The position numbers and the translations under genes were made by a program. The notes under the pieces are model-generated. The model worked only from the letters and a program-made list of their open reading frames with translations. It searched no databases and was not told the origin of the DNA. 64,000 nt of DNA from Eledone cirrhosa (lineage: Eukaryota): NCBI GenBank assembly GCA_964016885.1, contig OZ024741.1:396490001-396554000 (forward strand). Reading direction: 5' to 3'. Below, piece by piece: positions 45,301 through 59,880 of the stretch (within the stretch, counting starts at the first letter, position 1; each line of letters begins with the position of its first letter).

Positions 45301-48300
45301 GTCACACCACAAGGGTCAAATTCATTCAATCAGTCACACCACAAGAGTCAAAGTGCATCAATCAGTCTCACCACAAGAGTCAAAGTGCATCAATCAGCCA
45401 CACCACAAGGGTCAAAGTGCATCAATCAGTCACACCACAAGGGTCAAAGTGCATCAATCAGCCACACCACAAGGGTCAAAGTGCATCAATCAGTCACACC
45501 ACAAGAGTCAAAGTGCATCAATCAGCCACACCACAAGAGTCAAAGTGCATCAATCAGTTACACCACAAGAGTCAAAATGCATCAATCAGTTACACCATAA
45601 GAGTCAACGTGCATCAATCAGTCACACCACAAGGGTCAAAGTGCATCAATCAGCCACACCACACGGGTCAAAGTGCATCAATACGTCACACCACAAGAGT
45701 CAAAGTGCATCAATCAGTCACACCACAAGGGTCAAAGTACATCAATCAGTTACACCACAAGAGTCAAAGTGCATCAATCAGTTACACCACAAGAGTCAGA
45801 GTGCATCAATCAGTCACACCACAAGAGTCAAAGTGCATCAATCAATCACACCACAAGGGTCAAAGTGCATCAATCAGTCACACCACAAGGGTCAAAGTGC
45901 ATCAATCAGTCACACCACAAGAGTCAAAGTGCATCAATTAGTTACACCACAAGACTCAAAGTGCATCAATCAGTCACACCACAAGAGTCAAAGTGCATCA
46001 ATCAGTCACACCACAAGAGTCAAAGTGCATCAATCAGTTACACCACAAGAGTCAAAATGCATCAATCAGTTACACCACAAGAGTCAAAGTGCATCAATCA
46101 GTCACACCACAAGAGTCAAAGTGCATCAATCAGTTACACCACAAGAGTCAAAGTGCATCAATCAGTCACACCACAAGGGTCAAAGTGCATCAATCAGTCA
46201 CACCACAAGGGTCAAAGTGCATCAATCAGTTACACCACAAGAGTCAAAGTGCATCAATCAGTCACACCACAAGGGTCAAAGTGCATCAATCAGTCACACC
46301 ACAAGGGTCAAAGTGCATCAATCAGACACACCACAAGGGTCAAAGTGCATCAATCAGTTACACCACAAGAGTCAAAGTGCATCAATCAGTCACACCACAA
46401 GGGTCAAAGTGCATCAATCAGTCACACCACAAGGGTCAAAGTGCATCAATCAGTCACACCACAAGAGTCAAAGTGCATCAATCAGTTACACCACAAGAGT
46501 CAAAGTGCATCAATCAGTCACACCACAAGGGTCAAAGTGCATCAATCAGTCACACCACAAGGGTCAAAGTGCATCAATCAGTTACACCACAAGAGTCAAA
46601 GTGCATCAATCAGTCACACCACAAGAGTCAAAGTGCATCAATCAGTCACACCACAAGAGTCAAAGTGAATCAATCAGTCACACCACAAGGGTCAAAGTGC
46701 ATCAATCAGTCACACCACAAGAGTCAAAGTGCATCAATCAGTCACACCACAAGGGTCAAAGTGCATCAATCAGTCACACCACAACAGTCAAAGTGCATCA
46801 ATAAGTCACACCACAAGGGTCAAATTCCTTCAATCAGTCACACCACAAGAGCCAAAGTGCATCAATCAGTCACACCACAAGAGTCAAAGTGCATCAATCA
46901 GTCACACCACAAAGGTCAAATTCCTTCAATCAGTCACACCACAAGAGTCAAAGTGCATCAATCAGTCACACCACAAGTGTCAAAGTGCATCAATCAGTCA
47001 CACCACAAGGGTCAAATTCATTCAATCAGTCACACCACAAGAGTCAAAGTGCATCAATCAGTCACACCACAAGAGTCAAAGTGCATCAATCAGCCACACC
47101 ACAAGGGTCAAAGTGCATCAATCAGTCACACCACAAGGGTCAAAGTGCATCAATCAGTCACACCACAAGGGTCAAAGTGCATCAATCAGTCACACCACAA
47201 GGGTCAAAGTGCATCAATCACACACACCACAAGAGTCAAAGTGCATCAATCAGTCACACCACAAGAGTCAAAGTGCATCAATCAGTCACACCACAAGGGT
47301 CAAATTCCTTCAATCAGTCACACCACAAGGGTCAAAGTGCATCAATCAGTCACACCACAAGAGTCAAAGTGCATCAATCAGTCACACCACAAGGGTCAAA
47401 GTGCATCAATCAGTCACACCACAAGGGTCAAAGTGCATCAATCAGTCACACCACAAGAGTCAAAGTGCATCAATCAGTCACACCACAAGGGTCAAAGTGC
47501 ATCAATCAGTCACACCACAAGAGTCAAAGTGCATCAATCAGCCACACCACAAGGGTCAAAGTGCATCAATCAGTCACACCACAAGGGTCAAAGTGCATCA
47601 ATCAGCCACACCACAAGGGTCAAAGTGCATCAATCAGTCACACCACAAGGGTCAAAGTGCATCAATCAGTCACACCACAAGAGTCAAAGTGCATCAATCA
47701 GTCACACCACAAGGGTCAAAGTGCATCAATCAGTCACACCACAAGAGTCAAGGGGCACCAATCAGTCACACCACAAGGGTCAAATTCCTTCAATCAGTCA
47801 CACCACAAGGCTCAAAGGGCATCAATCAGTCACACCTCAAGACTCAAAGTGCATCAATCAGTCACACCACAAGGGTCAAAGTGCATCAATCAGTGACACC
47901 ACGAGAGTCAAAGTGCATCAATCAGTCACACGACAAGGGTCAAAGTGCATCAATCAGTCACACCACAAGGGTCAAAGTGCATCAATCAGTAACACCACAA
48001 GAGTCAAACAGCATCAATCAGTCACACCACAAGGGTCAACGTGCATCAATCAGTCACACCACAAGGGTCAAAGTGCATCAATTAGTCACACCACAAGGGT
48101 GAAAGTGCATCAATCAGTCACACCACAAGGGTCAAAGTGCATCCATCAGCCACACCACAAGGGTCAAAGTGCATCTATCAGTCACACCACAAGAGTCAAA
48201 GTGCATCAATCAGCCACACCACAAGAGTCAAAGTGCATCAATCAGTTACACCACAAGAGTCAAAGTGCACCTATCAGTCACACCACAAGAGTCAAAGTGC

Positions 48301-51300
48301 ATCAATCAGTCCCACCACAAGAGTCAAAGTGCATCAATCAGTTACACCACAAGAGTCAAAGTGCATCAATCAGTCACACCACAAGGGTCAAAGTGCATCA
48401 ATCAGCCACACCACAAGGGTCAAAGTGCATCAATCAGTCACACCACAAGAGTCAAAGTGTTTCAATCAGTCACACCACAAGGGTCAAAGTGCATCAATCA
48501 GTCACACCACAAGGGTCAAAGTATTTCAATCAGTCACACCACTAGGGTCAAAGTGCATCAATCAGTCACACCACAAGAGTCAAAGTGCATCAATCAGTCA
48601 CACCACAAGGGTCAAAGTGCATCAATCAGTCACACCACAAGAGTCAAAGTGTTTCAATAAGTCACACCACAAGGGTCAAAGTGCATCAATCAGTCACACC
48701 ACAAGGGTCAAAGTGCATCAATCAGTCACATCACAAGAGTCAAAGTGTTTCAATCAGTCACACCACAAGGGTCAAAGTGCATCAATCAGTCACACCACAA
48801 GGGTCAAAGTGCATCAATCAGTCACACCACAAGGGTCAAAGTGCATCAATCAGTCACACCACAAGGGTCAAATTCCTTCAATCAGTCACACCACAAGGGT
48901 CAAAGTGCATCAATCAGTCACACCACAAGGGTCAAAGTGCATCAATCAGTCACACCACAAGGGTCAAATTCCTTCAATCAGTCACACCACAAGGGTCAAA
49001 TTCCTTCAATCAGTCACACCACAAGAGTCAAAGTGCATCAATCAGTCACACCACAAGGGTCAAAGTGCATCAATCAGTCACACCACAAGGGTCAAATTCC
49101 TTCAATCAGTCACACCACAAGAGTCAAAGTGCATCAATCAGTCACACCACAAAAGTCAAAGTGCATCAATCAGTTACACCACAAGGGTCAAATTCCTTCA
49201 ATCAGTCACACCACAAGAGTCAAAGTGCATCAATCAGTCACACCACAAGGGTCAAAGTGCATCAATCAGTCACACCACAAGGGTCAAAGTGCATGAATCA
49301 TTCACACCACAAGGGTCAAAATGCATCAATCAGTCACACCACAAGGGTCAAAGTGCATCAATCAGTCACACCACAAGAGTCAAAGTGCATCAATCAGTCA
49401 CACCACAAGGGTCAAAGTGCATCAATCAGTCACACCACAAGGGTCAAAGTGCATCAATCAGTCACACCACAAGGGTCAAATTCCTTCAATCAGTCACACC
49501 ACAAGAGCCAAAGTGCATCAATCAGTCACACCACAAGGGTCAAAGTGCATCAATCAGTCACACCACAAGAGTCAAAGTGTTTCAATCAGTCACACCACAA
49601 GGGTCAAAGTGCATCAATCAGTCACACCACAAGGGTCAAAGTGTTTCAATCAGTCACACCACAAGGGTCAAAGTGCATCAATCAGTCACACCACAAGAGT
49701 CAAAGTGCATCAATCAGTCACACCACAAGGGTCAAAGTGCATCAATCAGTCACACCACAAGAGTCAAAGTGTTTCAATAAGTCACACCACAAGGGTCAAA
49801 GTGCATCAATCAGTCACACCACAAGGGTCAAAGTGCATCAATCAGTCACATCACAAGAGTCAAAGTGTTTCAATCAGTCACACCACAAGGGTCAAAGTGC
49901 ATCAATCAGTCACACCACAAGGGTCAAAGTGCATCAATCAGTCACACCACAAGGGTCAAAGTGCATCAATCAGTCACACCACAAGGGTCAAATTCCTTCA
50001 ATCAGTCACACCACAAGGGTCAAAGTGCATCAATCAGTCACACCACAAGGGTCAAAGTGCATCAATCAGTCACACCACAAGGGTCAAATTCCTTCAATCA
50101 GTCACACCACAAGGGTCAAATTCCTTCAATCAGTCACACCACAAGAGTCAAAGTGCATCAATCAGTCACACCACAAGGGTTAAAGTGCATCAATCAGTTA
50201 CACCACAAGAGTCAAAGTGCATCAATCAGTCACACCACAAGAGTCAAAGTGCATCAATCAGTCACACCACAAGGGTCAAAGTGCATCAATCAGTCACACC
50301 ACAACAGTCAAAGTGCATCAATAAGTCACACCACAAGGGTCAAATTCCTTCAATCAGTCACACCACAAGAGCCAAAGTGCATCAATCAGTCACACCACAA
50401 GAGTCAAAGTGCATCAATCAGTCACACCACAAGGGTCAAATCCTTCAATCAGTCACACCACAAGAGTCAAAGTGCATCAATCAGTCACACCACAAGAGTC
50501 AAAGTGCATCAATCAGTCACACCACAAGGGTCAAATTCATTCAATCAGTCACACCACAAGAGTCAAAGTGCATCAATCAGTCTCACCACAAGAGTCAAAG
50601 TGCATCAATCAGCCACACCACAAGGGTCAAAGTGCATCAATCAGTCACACCACAAGGGTCAAAGTGCATCAATCAGCCACACCACAAGGGTCAAAGTGCA
50701 TCAATCAGTCACACCACAAGAGTCAAAGTGCATCAATCAGCCACACCACAAGAGTCAAAGTGCATCAATCAGTTACACCACAAGAGTCAAAATGCATCAA
50801 TCAGTTACACCATAAGAGTCAACGTGCATCAATCAGTCACACCACAAGGGTCAAAGTGCATCAATCAGCCACACCACACGGGTCAAAGTGCATCAATACG
50901 TCACACCACAAGAGTCAAAGTGCATCAATCAGTCACACCACAAGGGTCAAAGTACATCAATCAGTTACACCACAAGAGTCAAAGTGCATCAATCAGTTAC
51001 ACCACAAGAGTCAGAGTGCATCAATCAGTTACACCACAAGAGTCAAAGTGCATCAATCAATCACACCACAAGGGTCAAAGTGCATCAATCAGTCACACCA
51101 CAAGGGTCAAAGTGCATCAATCAGTCACACCACAAGAGTCAAAGTGCATCAATTAGTTACACCACAAGACTCAAAGTGCATCAATCAGTCACACCACAAG
51201 AGTCAAAGTGCATCAATCAGTCACACCACAAGAGTCAAAGTGCATCAATCAGTTACACCACAAGAGTCAAAATGCATCAATCAGTTACACCACAAGAGTC

Positions 51301-54300
51301 AAAGTGCATCAATCAGTCACACCACAAGAGTCAAAGTGCATCAATCAGTTACACCACAAGAGTCAAAGTGCATCAATCAGTCACACCACAAGGGTCAAAG
51401 TGCATCAATCAGTCACACCACAAGGGTCAAAGTGCATCAATCAGTTACACCACAAGAGTCAAAGTGCATCAATCAGTCACACCACAAGGGTCAAAGTGCA
51501 TCAATCAGTCACACCACAAGGGTCAAAGTGCATCAATCAGTTACACCACAAGGGTCAAAGTGCATCAATCAGTCACACCACAAGGGTCAAAGTGCATCAA
51601 TCAGTCACACCACAAGGGTCAAAGTGCATCAATCAGTCACACCACAAGAGTCAAAGTGCATCAATCAGTTACACCACAAGAGTCAAAGTGCATCAATCAG
51701 TCACACCACAAGGGTCAAAGTGCATCAATCAGTCACACCACAAGGGTCAAAGTGCATCAATCAGTTACACCACAAGAGTCAAAGTGCATCAATCAGTCAC
51801 ACCACAAGAGTCAAAGTGCATCAATCAGTCACACCACAAGAGTCAAAGTGAATCAATCAGTCACACCACAAGGGTCAAAGTGCATCAATCAGTCACACCA
51901 CAAGAGTCAAAGTGCATCAATCAGTCACACCACAAGGGTCAAAGTGCATCAATCAGTCACACCACAACAGTCAAAGTGCATCAATAAGTCACACCACAAG
52001 GGTCAAATTCCTTCAATCAGTCACACCACAAGAGCCAAAGTGCATCAATCAGTCACACCACAAGAGTCAAAGTGCATCAATCAGTCACACCACAAAGGTC
52101 AAATTCCTTCAATCAGTCACACCACAAGAGTCAAAGTGCATCAATCAGTCACACCACAAGTGTCAAAGTGCAACAATCAGTCACACCACAAGGGTCAAAT
52201 TCATTCAATCAGTCACACCACAAGAGTCAAAGTGCATCAATCAGTCACACCACAAGAGTCAAAGTGCATCAATCAGCCACACCACAAGGGTCAAAGTGCA
52301 TCAATCAGTCACACCACAAGGGTCAAAGTGCATCAATCAGTCACACCACAAGGGTCAAAGTGCATCAATCAGTCACACCACAAGGGTCAAAGTGCATCAA
52401 TCAGTCACACCACAAGGGTCAAAGTGCATCAATCACACACACCACAAGAGTCAAAGTGCATCAATCAGTCACACCACAAGAGTCAAAGTGCATCAATCAG
52501 TCACACCACAAGGGTCAAATTCCTTCAATCAGTCACACCACAAGGGTCAAAGTGCATCAATCAGTCACACCACAAGAGTCAAAGTGCATCAATCAGTCAC
52601 ACCACAAGGGTCAAAGTGCATCAATCAGTCACACCACAAGGGTCAAAGTGCATCAATCAGTCACACCACAAGAGTCAAAGTGCATCAATCAGCCACACCA
52701 CAAGGGTCAAAGTGCATCAATCAGTCACACCACAAGGGTCAAAGTGCATCAATCAGCCACACCACAAGGGTCAAAGTGCATCAATCAGTCACACCACAAG
52801 GGTCAAAGTGCATCAATCAGTCACACCACAAGAGTCAAAGTGCATCAATCAGTCACACCACAAGGGTCAAAGTGCATCAATCAGTCACACCACAAGAGTC
52901 AAGGGGCACCAATCAGTCACACCACAAGGGTCAAATTCCTTCAATCAGTCACACCACAAGGCTCAAAGGGCATCAATCAGTCACACCTCAAGACTCAAAG
53001 TGCATCAATCAGTCACACCACAAGGGTCAAAGTGCATCAATCAGTGACACCACGAGAGTCAAAGTGCATCAATCAGTCACACGACAAGGGTCAAAGTGCA
53101 TCAATCAGTCACACCACAAGGGTCAAAGTGCATCAATCAGTAACACCACAAGAGTCAAACAGCATCATTCAGTCACACCACAAGGGTCAACGTGCATCAA
53201 TCAGTCACACCACAAGGGTCAAAGTGCATCAATTAGTCACACCACAAGGGTGAAAGTGCATCAATCAGTCACACCACAAGGGTCAAAGTGCATCCATCAG
53301 CCACACCACAAGGGTCAAAGTGCATCTATCAGTCACACCACAAGAGTCAAAGTGCATCAATCAGCCACACCACAAGAGTCAAAGTGCATCAATCAGTTAC
53401 ACCACAAGAGTCAAAGTGCACCTATCAGTCACACCACAAGAGTCAAAGTGCATCAATCAGTCCCACCACAAGAGTCAAAGTGCATCAATCAGTTACACCA
53501 CAAGAGTCAAAGTGCATCAATCAGTCACACCATAAGGGTCAAAGTGCATCAATCAGCCACACCACAAGGGTCAAAGTGCATCAATCAGTCACACCACAAG
53601 AGTCAAAGTGTTTCAATCAGTCACACCACAAGGGTCAAAGTGCATCAATCAGTCACACCACAAGGGTCAAAGTGTTTCAATCAGTCACACCACTAGGGTC
53701 AAAGTGCATCAATCAGTCACACCACAAGAGTCAAAGTGCATCAATCAGTCACACCACAAGGGTCAAAGTGCATCAATCAGTCACACCACAAGAGTCAAAG
53801 TGTTTCAATAAGTCACACCACAAGGGTCAAAGTGCATCAATCAGTCACACCACAAGGGTCAAAGTGCATCAATCAGTCACATCACAAGAGTCAAAGTGTT
53901 TCAATCAGTCACACCACAAGGGTCAAAGTGCATCAATCAGTCACACCACAAGGGTCAAAGTGCATCAATCAGTCACACCACAAGGGTCAAAGTGCATCAA
54001 TCAGTCACACCACAAGGGTCAAATTCCTTCAATCAGTCACACCACAAGGGTCAAAGTGCATCAATCAGTCACACCACAAGGGTCAAAGTGCATCAATCAG
54101 TCACACCACAAGGGTCAAATTCCTTCAATCAGTCACACCACAAGGGTCAAATTCCTTCAATCAGTCACACCACAAGAGTCAAAGTGCATCAATCAGTCAC
54201 ACCACAAGGGTCAAAGTGCATCAATCAGTCACACCACAAGGGTCAAATTCCTTCAATCAGTCACACCACAAGAGTCAAAGTGCATCAATCAGTCACACCA

Positions 54301-57300
54301 CAAAAGTCAAAGTGCATCAATCAGTTACACCACAAGGGTCAAATTCCTTCAATCAGTCACACCACAAGAGTCAAAGTGCATCAATCAGTCACACCACAAG
54401 GGTCAAAGTGCATCAATCAGTCACACCACAAGGGTCAAAGTGCATGAATCATTCACACCACAAGGGTCAAAATGCATCAATCAGTCACACCACAAGGGTC
54501 AAAGTGCATCAATCAGTCACACCACAAGAGTCAAAGTGCATCAATCAGTCACACCACAAGGGTCAAAGTGCATCAATCAGTCACACCACAAGGGTCAAAG
54601 TGCATCAATCAGTCACACCACAAGGGTCAAAGTGCATCAATCAGTCACACCACAAGAGTCAAAGTGCATCAATCAGTCACACCACAAGGGTCAAATTCCT
54701 TCAATCAGTCACACCACAAGAATCAAAGTGCATCAATGAGTCACACCACAAGGGTCGAAGTGCATCAATCAGTCACACCACAAGGGTCAAAGTGTTTCAA
54801 TCAGTCACACCACAAGGGTCAAAGTGCATCAATCAGTCACACCACAAGGGTCAAAGTGTTTCAATCAGTCACACCACAAGAGTCAAAGTGCATCAATCAG
54901 TCACACCACAAGGGTCAAAGTGCATCAATCAGTCACACCACAAGGGTCAAAGTGCATCAATCAGTTACACCACAAGAGTCAAAGTGCATCAATCAGTCAC
55001 ACCACAAGAGTCAAAGTGCATCAATCAGTCACACCACAAGAGTCGAAGTGAATCAATCAGTCACACCACAAGGTCAAAGTGCATCAATCAGTCACACCAC
55101 AAGAGTCAAAGTGCATCAATCAGTCACACCACAAGGGTCAAATTCCTTCAATCAGTCACACCACAAGAGTCAAAGTGCATCAATCAGTCACAACACAAGA
55201 GTCAAAGTGCATCAATCAGTCACACCACAAGGATCAAATTCCTTCAATCAGTCACACCACAAGAATCAAAGTGCATCAATCAGTCACACCACAAGAGTCA
55301 AAGTGCATCAATCAGTCACACCACAAGGGTCAAAGTGCATCAATCAGTCACACCACCAGGGTCAAATTCCTTCAATCAGTCACACCACAAGGGTCAAATT
55401 CCTTCAATCAGTCACACCACAAGAGTCAAAGTGCATCAATCAGTCACACCACGAGGGTCAAAGTGCATCAATCAGTTACAGCACAAGAGTCAAAGTGCAT
55501 CAATCAGTCACACCACAAGAGTCAAAGTGCATCAATCAGTCACACCACAAGAGTCAAAGTGCATCAATCAGTCACACCACAAGGGTCAAAGTGCATCAAT
55601 CAGTCACACCACAACAGTCAAAGTGCATCAATAAGTCACACCACAAGGGTCAAATTCCTTCAATCAGTCACACCACAAGAGCCAAAGTGCATCAATCAGT
55701 CACACCACAAGGGTCAAAGTGCATCAATCAGTCACACCACAAGAGTCAAAGTGTTTCAATCAGTCACACCACAAGGGTCAAAGTGCATCAATCAGTCACA
55801 CCACAAGGGTCAAAGTGTTTCAATCAGTCACACCACAAGGGTCAAAGTGCATCAATCAGTCACACCACAAGAGTCAAAGTGCATCAATCAGTCACACCAC
55901 AAGGGTCAAAGTGCATCAATCAGTCACACCACAAGAGTCAAAGTGTTTCAATAAGTCACACCACAAGGGTCAAAGTGCATCAATCAGTCACACCACAAGG
56001 GTCAAAGTGCATCAATCAGTCACATCACAAGAGTCAAAGTGTTTCAATCAGTCACACCACAAGGGTCAAAGTGCATCAATCAGTCACACCACAAGGGTCA
56101 AAGTGCATCAATCAGTCACACCACAAGGGTCAAAGTGCATCAATCAGTCACACCACAAGGGTCAAATTCCTTCAATCAGTCACACCACAAGGGTCAAAGT
56201 GCATCAATCAGTCACACCACAAGGGTCAAAGTGCATCAATCAGTCACACCACAAGGGTCAAATTCCTTCAATCAGTCACACCACAAGGGTCAAATTCCTT
56301 CAATCAGTCACACCACAAGAGTCAAAGTGCATCAATCAGTCACACCACAAGGGTTAAAGTGCATCAATCAGTTACACCACAAGAGTCAAAGTGCATCAAT
56401 CAGTCACACCACAAGAGTCAAAGTGCATCAATCAGTCACACCACAAGGGTCAAAGTGCATCAATCAGTCACACCACAACAGTCAAAGTGCATCAATAAGT
56501 CACACCACAAGGGTCAAATTCCTTCAATCAGTCACACCACAAGAGCCAAAGTGCATCAATCAGTCACACCACAAGAGTCAAAGTGCATCAATCAGTCACA
56601 CCACAAGGGTCAAATCCTTCAATCAGTCACACCACAAGAGTCAAAGTGCATCAATCAGTCACACCACAAGAGTCAAAGTGCATCAATCAGTCACACCACA
56701 AGGGTCAAATTCATTCAATCAGTCACACCACAAGAGTCAAAGTGCATCAATCAGTCTCACCACAAGAGTCAAAGTGCATCAATCAGCCACACCACAAGGG
56801 TCAAAGTGCATCAATCAGTCACACCACAAGGGTCAAAGTGCATCAATCAGCCACACCACAAGGGTCAAAGTGCATCAATCAGTCACACCACAAGAGTCAA
56901 AGTGCATCAATCAGCCACACCACAAGAGTCAAAGTGCATCAATCAGTTACACCACAAGAGTCAAAATGCATCAATCAGTTACACCATAAGAGTCAACGTG
57001 CATCAATCAGTCACACCACAAGGGTCAAAGTGCATCAATCAGCCACACCACACGGGTCAAAGTGCATCAATACGTCACACCACAAGAGTCAAAGTGCATC
57101 AATCAGTCACACCACAAGGGTCAAAGTACATCAATCAGTTACACCACAAGAGTCAAAGTGCATCAATCAGTTACACCACAAGAGTCAGAGTGCATCAATC
57201 AGTCACACCACAAGAGTCAAAGTGCATCAATCAATCACACCACAAGGGTCAAAGTGCATCAATCAGTCACACCACAAGGGTCAAAGTGCATCAATCAGTC

Positions 57301-59880
57301 ACACCACAAGAGTCAAAGTGCATCAATTAGTTACACCACAAGACTCAAAGTGCATCAATCAGTCACACCACAAGAGTCAAAGTGCATCAATCAGTCACAC
57401 CACAAGAGTCAAAGTGCATCAATCAGTTACACCACAAGAGTCAAAATGCATCAATCAGTTACACCACAAGAGTCAAAGTGCATCAATCAGTCACACCACA
57501 AGAGTCAAAGTGCATCAATCAGTTACACCACAAGAGTCAAAGTGCATCAATCAGTCACACCACAAGGGTCAAAGTGCATCAATCAGTCACACCACAAGGG
57601 TCAAAGTGCATCAATCAGTTACACCACAAGAGTCAAAGTGCATCAATCAGTCACACCACAAGGGTCAAAGTGCATCAATCAGTCACACCACAAGGGTCAA
57701 AGTGCATCAATCAGACACACCACAAGGGTCAAAGTGCATCAATCAGTTACACCACAAGAGTCAAAGTGCATCAATCAGTCACACCACAAGGGTCAAAGTG
57801 CATCAATCAGTCACACCACAAGGGTCAAAGTGCATCAATCAGTCACACCACAAGAGTCAAAGTGCATCAATCAGTTACACCACAAGAGTCAAAGTGCATC
57901 AATCAGTCACACCACAAGGGTCAAAGTGCATCAATCAGTCACACCACAAGGGTCAAAGTGCATCAATCAGTTACACCACAAGAGTCAAAGTGCATCAATC
58001 AGTCACACCACAAGAGTCAAAGTGCATCAATCAGTCACACCACAAGAGTCAAAGTGAATCAATCAGTCACACCACAAGGGTCAAAGTGCATCAATCAGTC
58101 ACACCACAAGAGTCAAAGTGCATCAATCAGTCACACCACAAGGGTCAAAGTGCATCAATCAGTCACACCACAACAGTCAAAGTGCATCAATAAGTCACAC
58201 CACAAGGGTCAAATTCCTTCAATCAGTCACACCACAAGAGCCAAAGTGCATCAATCAGTCACACCACAAGAGTCAAAGTGCATCAATCAGTCACACCACA
58301 AAGGTCAAATTCCTTCAATCAGTCACACCACAAGAGTCAAAGTGCATCAATCAGTCACACCACAAGTGTCAAAGTGCATCAATCAGTCACACCACAAGGG
58401 TCAAATTCATTCAATCAGTCACACCACAAGAGTCAAAGTGCATCAATCAGTCACACCACAAGAGTCAAAGTGCATCAATCAGCCACACCACAAGGGTCAA
58501 AGTGCATCAATCAGTCACACCACAAGGGTCAAAGTGCATCAATCAGTCACACCACAAGGGTCAAAGTGCATCAATCAGTCACACCACAAGGGTCAAAGTG
58601 CATCAATCAGTCACACCACAAGGGTCAAAGTGCATCAATCACACACACCACAAGAGTCAAAGTGCATCAATCAGTCACACCACAAGAGTCAAAGTGCATC
58701 AATCAGTCACACCACAAGGGTCAAATTCCTTCAATCAGTCACACCACAAGGGTCAAAGTGCATCAATCAGTCACACCACAAGAGTCAAAGTGCATCAATC
58801 AGTCACACCACAAGGGTCAAAGTGCATCAATCAGTCACACCACAAGGGTCAAAGTGCATCAATCAGTCACACCACAAGAGTCAAAGTGCATCAATCAGTC
58901 ACACCACAAGGGTCAAAGTGCATCAATCAGTCACACCACAAGAGTCAAAGTGCATCAATCAGCCACACCACAAGGGTCAAAGTGCATCAATCAGTCACAC
59001 CACAAGGGTCAAAGTGCATCAATCAGCCACACCACAAGGGTCAAAGTGCATCAATCAGTCACACCACAAGGGTCAAAGTGCATCAATCAGTCACACCACA
59101 AGAGTCAAAGTGCATCAATCAGTCACACCACAAGGGTCAAAGTGCATCAATCAGTCACACCACAAGAGTCAAGGGGCACCAATCAGTCACACCACAAGGG
59201 TCAAATTCCTTCAATCAGTCACACCACAAGGCTCAAAGGGCATCAATCAGTCACACCTCAAGACTCAAAGTGCATCAATCAGTCACACCACAAGGGTCAA
59301 AGTGCATCAATCAGTGACACCACGAGAGTCAAAGTGCATCAATCAGTCACACGACAAGGGTCAAAGTGCATCAATCAGTCACACCACAAGGGTCAAAGTG
59401 CATCAATCAGTAACACCACAAGAGTCAAACAGCATCAATCAGTCACACCACAAGGGTCAACGTGCATCAATCAGTCACACCACAAGGGTCAAAGTGCATC
59501 AATTAGTCACACCACAAGGGTGAAAGTGCATCAATCAGTCACACCACAAGGGTCAAAGTGCATCCATCAGCCACACCACAAGGGTCAAAGTGCATCTATC
59601 AGTCACACCACAAGAGTCAAAGTGCATCAATCAGCCACACCACAAGAGTCAAAGTGCATCAATCAGTTACACCACAAGAGTCAAAGTGCACCTATCAGTC
59701 ACACCACAAGAGTCAAAGTGCATCAATCAGTCCCACCACAAGAGTCAAAGTGCATCAATCAGTTACACCACAAGAGTCAAAGTGCATCAATCAGTCACAC
59801 CACAAGGGTCAAAGTGCATCAATCAGCCACACCACAAGGGTCAAAGTGCATCAATCAGTCACACCACAAGAGTCAAAGTG
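42169..59880 (+). repeat. Three tandem copies of a 5.2-6.2 kb higher-order unit (starts about 42169, 48407, 53558); the middle copy lacks a 1023-bp block
   Basis: Copy 1 vs copy 3 ORF offset is 11389 (42347/53736, 43083/54472, 45194/56583, 46889/58278). Copy 1 vs copy 2 offset is 6238 (42347/48585), then 5215 (44650/49865, 45673/50888). Confidence 0.9.
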